A DNA stretch of 63,919 nucleotides, filler included. It is 7 parts of 7 records of this genome, joined end to end, with 100 filler letters (N's around TTAATTAATTAA, not from the genome) between each part and the next. Parts side by side here need not be neighbours in the genome. Positions count along the whole stretch, not along the records: positions 58,917 to 63,919 come from SRR31156797_6320; 6 more parts are not named here. One strand, written 5' to 3'. Position 1 is the first letter of the stretch. Each line of letters begins with the position of its first letter. Shown here piece by piece: positions 58,917-63,919 of the stretch. The notes beneath the pieces were generated by a model. The model was not told the origin of the DNA. It did not search any database and saw only the letters and a program-made list of their open reading frames with translations. A program made the position numbers and the translations under genes.

Positions 58917-59471
58917 GACAACTACGACTCGTTTACGTTCAACCTGGTGCAGCGGGTAGGGGAGATCGGTTCCGGCAGGCGGGTCGAAGTCCGCCGAAAC
59001 GATGCGATCACGCTGGATGAGATCGAAGCCATGAAACCCAGCCACCTGATCATCTCACCCGGTCCATGCACACCGAACGAAGCAGGCATCAGCGTGGATG
59101 TCGTCAGGAAGTTTGCCGGCCAGTTCCCGATCCTCGGCGTCTGCCTCGGACACCAGTCGATCGGTCAGGCCTTCGGAGCAGAGATCGTTCGCGCTGAACG
59201 GCTCATGCACGGCAAGACCAGCGAAATCTACCACGACGGAAAAACAATCTACAAGGGACTCACCAACCCCTTCATCGCAACCCGATACCATTCGCTCGTC
59301 GTCAAACAGGAAACGCTGGATGCCGATTTCGAAATCAGCGCCTGGACCGACCGCAAGGAACTCATGGGCATCCGCCACAAGAACATGCCGCTGGAAGGCG
59401 TGCAGTATCACCCGGAAAGCTTCCTCACGGATCAGGGTCACACACTCCTGAAAAACTTCCTCGACCAGTAA
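58917..59471 (+). CDS. trpG: Anthranilate/aminodeoxychorismate synthase component II (TrpG/PabA), 5'-truncated
   Basis: [10 protein letters not shown] from the contig edge, [30 protein letters not shown]. Confidence 0.9.
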   Translation, partial: DNYDSFTFNLVQRVGEIGSGRRVEVRRNDAITLDEIEAMKPSHLIISPGPCTPNEAGISVDVVRKFAGQFPILGVCLGHQSIGQAFGAEIVRAERLMHGKTSEIYHDGKTIYKGLTNPFIATRYHSLVVKQETLDADFEISAWTDRKELMGIRHKNMPLEGVQYHPESFLTDQGHTLLKNFLDQ

Positions 59472-59495
59472 CATCGCACCTTCGGTTGACGCATC

Positions 59496-60269
59496 ATGTT
59501 CGGATTCAAACGACGACGAAGACAGCGAGCCCGAAGCGCACCGTTTCCGCCTCACTGGCTGGAGATCATCAAACGCAACGTACGCATCTATGACGAACTG
59601 CCGGAAGAAGACCAGCGTGAACTCCAGGGACACATCCAGGTGTTCTTGTCCGAAAAGCGATTCGAAGGCTGCGGCGGTCTCGAAATTACCGAAGAGATGG
59701 AAGTCACCATAGCCGCCCAGGCATGCATGCTTCTCCTCCATCGGGAAACCAATTACTACCCCGACCTGAAAACCATCCTCGTTTACCCGCGAAAATACTT
59801 CGTCTCAACCCCCCGCAGAATGCCCGACGGTACCGTCGTCGAAGGTCCGCAGGCAAGATTGGGTGAATCATGGGTGAAGGGCTCCGTGGTGCTGTCCTGG
59901 GATGATGTTCTGCATGGCGGCGTCAGCCCGCACGATTGCCATAACGTGGTGTTTCACGAGTTCGCCCACCAACTCGATGGCCAGGCCAACGGCTCGTGCG
60001 AGGGAGCCCCGGAACTTCCCGATCCCACCATGTATGCCGTCTGGGCACAGGTGCTGGGCAGGGAATACGAACAGCTCATCGAGGACGTCCACGCCCGCAG
60101 ACCCAACCTGATCAACTCCTACGGCGCTACCAACCCTGCCGAGTTCTTCGCCGTCGTAACCGAGTGTTTCCTCGAAAGACCGAAAGCCCTGCAGCGACAG
60201 CACCCCGAACTCTACGAACAGCTCAGGCTCTTCTATCAGCAGGATCCAGCGGCTCGTTCCCGCAGGTAA
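59496..60269 (+). CDS. Zinc-dependent peptidase, M90/MtfA family
   Basis: IAAQAC, ILVYP, GESW..G.VVLSW, NVVFHEFAHQLD, YGATNPAEFFAV. Confidence 0.92.
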   Translation: MFGFKRRRRQRARSAPFPPHWLEIIKRNVRIYDELPEEDQRELQGHIQVFLSEKRFEGCGGLEITEEMEVTIAAQACMLLLHRETNYYPDLKTILVYPRKYFVSTPRRMPDGTVVEGPQARLGESWVKGSVVLSWDDVLHGGVSPHDCHNVVFHEFAHQLDGQANGSCEGAPELPDPTMYAVWAQVLGREYEQLIEDVHARRPNLINSYGATNPAEFFAVVTECFLERPKALQRQHPELYEQLRLFYQQDPAARSRR

Positions 60270-60290
60270 TCTGTGGATGGATTCGGTGAA

Positions 60291-60968
60291 CTACCCCCGA
60301 AGGAAAACCACCAGTGATGTCAGCCCGACCAACGCAAGCCCGATACCGATGACCGCACTGAAACGCGAAGCCAGCTTCTGAGATGAATGCGTGATCGTCA
60401 CCCCCCAGGTAATCAGCGCTGTCCGAAGCCCGTTCGACAGGTGAAACGCCGCACCGGTGATCCCAAGCACATAAACCGGCACAACCCAGCCGTGTTCCCG
60501 CATCGCGGTTGTGACTCGCAGTGCCATATCCCTCGTCTCTTCGCCTTCTTCCCCAAAGAACTTATCCTGGAACCAGCTCATGTGATACAGATGGAACAGG
60601 ATAAACGCGAATACAAGTCCACCGGTGATTCGCTGCAGGACATAACAGAGATTGGAACCGTTCGGATACGATCGCAGATCCGGATTCCCTGACCACCAGA
60701 TGTAAATCCCGAACAGCCCGTGGAACAGAATCGGGAAGATGATGAACAGCATCTCCACCACGAACAGCAGATGGATTTTGTCGAGCAGGTGAATCCCCGC
60801 AACGACAGTGTTATACGCTTCTGCTCCAAACAGGATCGTAAAATTGGCAAGAAGATGAAACGCCAGGAACGCCCCGACCGGCACAATCCCCGAAAGCGAA
60901 TGAAGTCGCTTGAGAATAAACGCCCGCTGCTGCATCAGGTCAGGCTGGTCGGAAGTCATGACACTCAT
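60291..60968 (-). CDS. sdhC: Succinate dehydrogenase cytochrome b558 subunit
   Basis: RLHSLSGIVPVGAFL.FHL..N, LFHGL.G, LQRITG...FHL, FHLSNGL...LITWG; SD AGGAG. Confidence 0.85.
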   Translation of the reverse strand: MSVMTSDQPDLMQQRAFILKRLHSLSGIVPVGAFLAFHLLANFTILFGAEAYNTVVAGIHLLDKIHLLFVVEMLFIIFPILFHGLFGIYIWWSGNPDLRSYPNGSNLCYVLQRITGGLVFAFILFHLYHMSWFQDKFFGEEGEETRDMALRVTTAMREHGWVVPVYVLGITGAAFHLSNGLRTALITWGVTITHSSQKLASRFSAVIGIGLALVGLTSLVVFLRG

Positions 60969-61090
60969 GTCCGGTTCTCCTGGCAGATCATCGTGGATCT
61001 GATCACCCACGTAGAATAAGCAGGAGTGTCTGGACCTGCAAGACGGGTGAACCAAGGTACCCTCTATGGAAGGATTGAGGAATCAAACGC

Positions 61091-62332
61091 CTAGGGGTAG
61101 GCGCTTTCGAACAACGTGTTTCGCATAAGTTCAGGCGACGGAGCTGGTTCACATGCATTCATGTCGTACATGAATTCAAGATTCTCGCCCTCGCACTGAA
61201 CCGCGCGAAGTTCAGGAGTCTCGCCCACTGAGTACGGACCCTGCATATCGGTAGGCGGGACAGGACGCCCCTTCGTGTCGAATGCGAGAACGATTTTCGG
61301 AGCCAGCGGTCGTTCCGGATCGTAACTGACCACGACACCCTGCATACCGTTGGCAAGCTGGATACGCGTTCCGATCGGGAATGGCTGAATAATCTTGCAC
61401 AGCACCTTCACGAGGACCGGATCATACATCCGGCAGTAAGGACCACGTGAAATTTCCCAGAGCGAATGGATTGTACTTTTGGCTTCCTTGTATGCCCGGG
61501 TTGCGGTGGCGGCCTCAAACGAATCCGCCAGTCTGACAATTCGGGTGAAAATATGCTGACGATCCCCCGGAATGCGATCCGGATAGCCGCTGCCATCCAT
61601 GTTCTCATGGTGGGTACGGACGATCGCACGAGCGGCTGGAGGGAAGTTCGGCGGAAGCATATCCGCCCCGGACTTCGGATGATTACGAATCTCTCGCCAC
61701 ATGTCCCGTGACAGGTTCTGATCTTTCTGGTTGTAGATGTCCGCATACGGAATCATGCCCAGGTCGATCAGCATGGATCCCAACCCCAGCGGCGTCAGAT
61801 CCTCCGCAATCAACGCGGACATGTTGCGTGCACTGGATTGACGATGACGTTCCTGAACGACGTACTGCTTGGCGTGCGTCCCGATCATCATGCTCAGGAA
61901 GAAGACCGTACCCGAACGCTGACTGATATAGTCATCTGCCGCGGTGATGTTGCTGAGAAGAACAGCCGTGATCGGATTGCATTTGATGAACTCCACGACG
62001 TCACTGACCGTATCCTGAACTTTCTGGATTCCCTGCGGACTGAGCTTGCCTTTCTTGATGAAGCGGCTCTGGACCTCTTCAATGGATTTTGTGACGGTCC
62101 CCTGGACTTTCTCCGCAATTTCCCGTTCGAAAGAATCATCATCAAAGTCGGTATTCTTATCCAGCTCTGTTCGGACACGAACCTTGACGTTGGGATACCT
62201 GCTTCGAAGCGCATCAATTTCCCTTGCCTGAAGCTCGATCCCTGCCGTCAGCATGACGCGCCCACTCTGCATGAAAGGCTCAAGCAGAACCATTCCTGGT
62301 TCGAGTTCACTGCATGTCAGGAGAAGCGGCAA
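61091..62332 (-). CDS. HD-GYP domain protein with a degenerate HD motif
   Basis: HP..G, HHENMDGSGYP, LADSFEA, R.YK; LIDLG in place of LHDIG. Confidence 0.8.
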   Translation of the reverse strand: MPLLLTCSELEPGMVLLEPFMQSGRVMLTAGIELQAREIDALRSRYPNVKVRVRTELDKNTDFDDDSFEREIAEKVQGTVTKSIEEVQSRFIKKGKLSPQGIQKVQDTVSDVVEFIKCNPITAVLLSNITAADDYISQRSGTVFFLSMMIGTHAKQYVVQERHRQSSARNMSALIAEDLTPLGLGSMLIDLGMIPYADIYNQKDQNLSRDMWREIRNHPKSGADMLPPNFPPAARAIVRTHHENMDGSGYPDRIPGDRQHIFTRIVRLADSFEAATATRAYKEAKSTIHSLWEISRGPYCRMYDPVLVKVLCKIIQPFPIGTRIQLANGMQGVVVSYDPERPLAPKIVLAFDTKGRPVPPTDMQGPYSVGETPELRAVQCEGENLEFMYDMNACEPAPSPELMRNTLFESAYP

Positions 62333-62486
62333 ATTGATGCTCCTTGCTTCGTCAAGGTGTCTGTTACCCTGTAAACTAATCGACGTTTTTTCGGGGGGGA
62401 TACAGTATTATTTTAATACTGCAGAGGGTAACGCTGGAATGATCTCTCTTATCGGCAGCGCTACGAACAGCAGAACGAATCGATGA

Positions 62487-63347
62487 CTATCGGACCTTGC
62501 TTTGAACAAGACAAGTTGCTGTACAGCTGACAGTAACCCCCGATAGAGCACATGAATTGGTTGAAAGAAGCTCGTCGATGCGTACAAACGAGTAGCCCCT
62601 CGTTTGCAACTCTTCAATTAGCTTACCCACATAAGGATGCATTTTGTCTTTTCGTTGAGAACCCAGATGCAACAGAAGGATGAAACCATTCAAACCCTCT
62701 TCCTGGCGAGCCTCGTATGCGAGAATTGCCTCATAAATCTTGTCGGATGGAACAAAGCTCCGATGCCCCTCTGGTGCCCAATCCCGGTTGGAACCGCTTC
62801 CTGGAGTATAGTTGAATAGGGTGACGCCCATCTCCTTCGACCATTCCACCTGCTCCTCGTTAAACCATTCAAAAGGAGGAATAAACAAGATGGTCTTTCC
62901 ATGGCGAAGCGCACCAAACCTCCGAAGATCTTTGATATTCCTGGCAAGATCGTCCTTGAACTCCGACTCCGTTACCAGGGTTTTCGAACGATCTTCCCAT
63001 GGGCAGTACAAAAGGTGAGCATCCGAGTGCGGACCGAGGTAATGCCCTTCAGAAATGATTCGATTCACAAAGGGAATATATTCATCAGTCCGAAGATAAT
63101 TTCCAGTCACAAAGAAGGAGGCCTTGATGTTCGTTTTCTTCAGGTCGTCAAGAATCTCGGGAGTGCCTTCGCCATGTTCATCACCGGTAAAGATCAGCGC
63201 AAGCGTCTTCGTTTCAGTCGAACCGCGAACAATGGCTCCGTGATCGTATTGAAAATCTGGTGTGACGGGCTGTGATGAAGAACATCCTGTCAGCAGACAG
63301 AAACTGCTCAAAAGAATCACCAATGATGAAAGTGAGATTCGGTTCAT
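62487..63347 (-). CDS. Polysaccharide deacetylase (CE4/NodB-like) lipoprotein
   Basis: Lipobox LTGC; ALIFTGD, ASFFVTG, GHYLGPHSDAH, FIPPFE, ILLLH. Confidence 0.88.
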   Translation of the reverse strand: MNRISLSSLVILLSSFCLLTGCSSSQPVTPDFQYDHGAIVRGSTETKTLALIFTGDEHGEGTPEILDDLKKTNIKASFFVTGNYLRTDEYIPFVNRIISEGHYLGPHSDAHLLYCPWEDRSKTLVTESEFKDDLARNIKDLRRFGALRHGKTILFIPPFEWFNEEQVEWSKEMGVTLFNYTPGSGSNRDWAPEGHRSFVPSDKIYEAILAYEARQEEGLNGFILLLHLGSQRKDKMHPYVGKLIEELQTRGYSFVRIDELLSTNSCALSGVTVSCTATCLVQSKVR

Positions 63348-63371
63348 CCGCGCAGGGTAACGCCTGCATGA

Positions 63372-63704
63372 TCAGGAGTCTACATGACCGATCTCGGATC
63401 TCTCCCGGAGGCTCTCAAGCGTGAAATCGCTGGCCAGGCAGAGACACAGGGCACGCTGCATAATTGGCGAAAGCTGCATTTCCTGCATCAGGTGATTGAG
63501 CTGATTATAGGGAAGCTCAAGATCATCGTGAATCTCTGAAAACAGACGCAGGAAATTCACGGCTTTGCTTCCGATTCCATAATCTGCGCTGGAATTCGGT
63601 GTATGGCCATGCCAATTGGAATCATCCATGGCATCCTGGCATCGAAGAAGTGGTATTTTTTTCTGGTCGATCATCGGTATTATCTCCGGCCCTGATACGT
63701 TCAA
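63372..63704 (-). CDS. Possible hypothetical protein
   Basis: Open frame co-oriented with the deacetylase; no motif. Confidence 0.3.
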   Translation of the reverse strand: MNVSGPEIIPMIDQKKIPLLRCQDAMDDSNWHGHTPNSSADYGIGSKAVNFLRLFSEIHDDLELPYNQLNHLMQEMQLSPIMQRALCLCLASDFTLESLRERSEIGHVDS

Positions 63705-63919
63705 TTGTCCTATCGGTCAGATTGAGGTGAAGCCTCACTTAATTCCTCCGGATGTTCTCGATGTGTCCGATAATTTCACCACATGATGCAGTTGTCGAAC
63801 AGTTTCGCTGAGAGTAGGGTGTTACATGACAGAAGGGAAATGGCGAACGTCGGGATCGCCATTCCGTCAAACCAATTCAGTAGACGAACGGAAAGGAAAC
63901 CTGCCATGACGACGACGAT

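Noticed and set aside
1-63919. rRNA, tRNA, riboswitch, transposase or prophage genes
   Set aside because: None recognised by eye; a tRNAscan/Infernal run would be needed to exclude small RNAs.

Overview
This window is not one locus. It is seven unrelated contig fragments joined by artificial N44-TTAATTAATTAA-N44 spacers, so neighbourhood inferences stop at each spacer. Taxonomic labels are inferred from composition and protein style. (1) 1-12782, GC-rich, Planctomycetota/Phycisphaerae-like: a three-gene secreted-protein operon (fibre-like protein, C10 protease, dockerin-like protein), a tetraether-lipid-synthase (Tes/GDGT-MAS)-like radical SAM enzyme with a duplicated N-terminal metal-binding domain, a hydrolase lipoprotein, a kinase and nadB. 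(2) 12883-26254, AT-rich, possibly Fusobacteriota-like: tandem degenerate histidine kinases, a PilZ gene with an in-frame TGA, a secreted caspase-like protein, GGDEF, putP and EAL. (3) 26355-32741, Bacteroidota-like glycan cluster with WbqC and two sulfotransferases. (4) 32842-40656, Desulfobacterota-like: def-fmt-rsmB, and a MarR/TetR accessory cluster with an orphan NrfD/DsrP. (5) 40757-53409, Fusobacteriota-like: polC, an XRE-TPR (RRNPP-like) regulator, GGDEF and amrS/amrB. (6) 53510-58816, Bacteroidota-like: co-oriented accessory genes separated by a ~175-bp hairpin-ended repeat, resembling a cassette array. (7) 58917-63919, Planctomycetota-like: trpG/pabA, MtfA-like peptidase, orphan sdhC, degenerate HD-GYP and a deacetylase. 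I saw no rRNA, tRNA or CRISPR. The best leads are the bacterial Tes homolog with the extra rubredoxin-like domain and the repeat-delimited gene array in segment 6. All family assignments come from motif recognition by eye, not from database searches.
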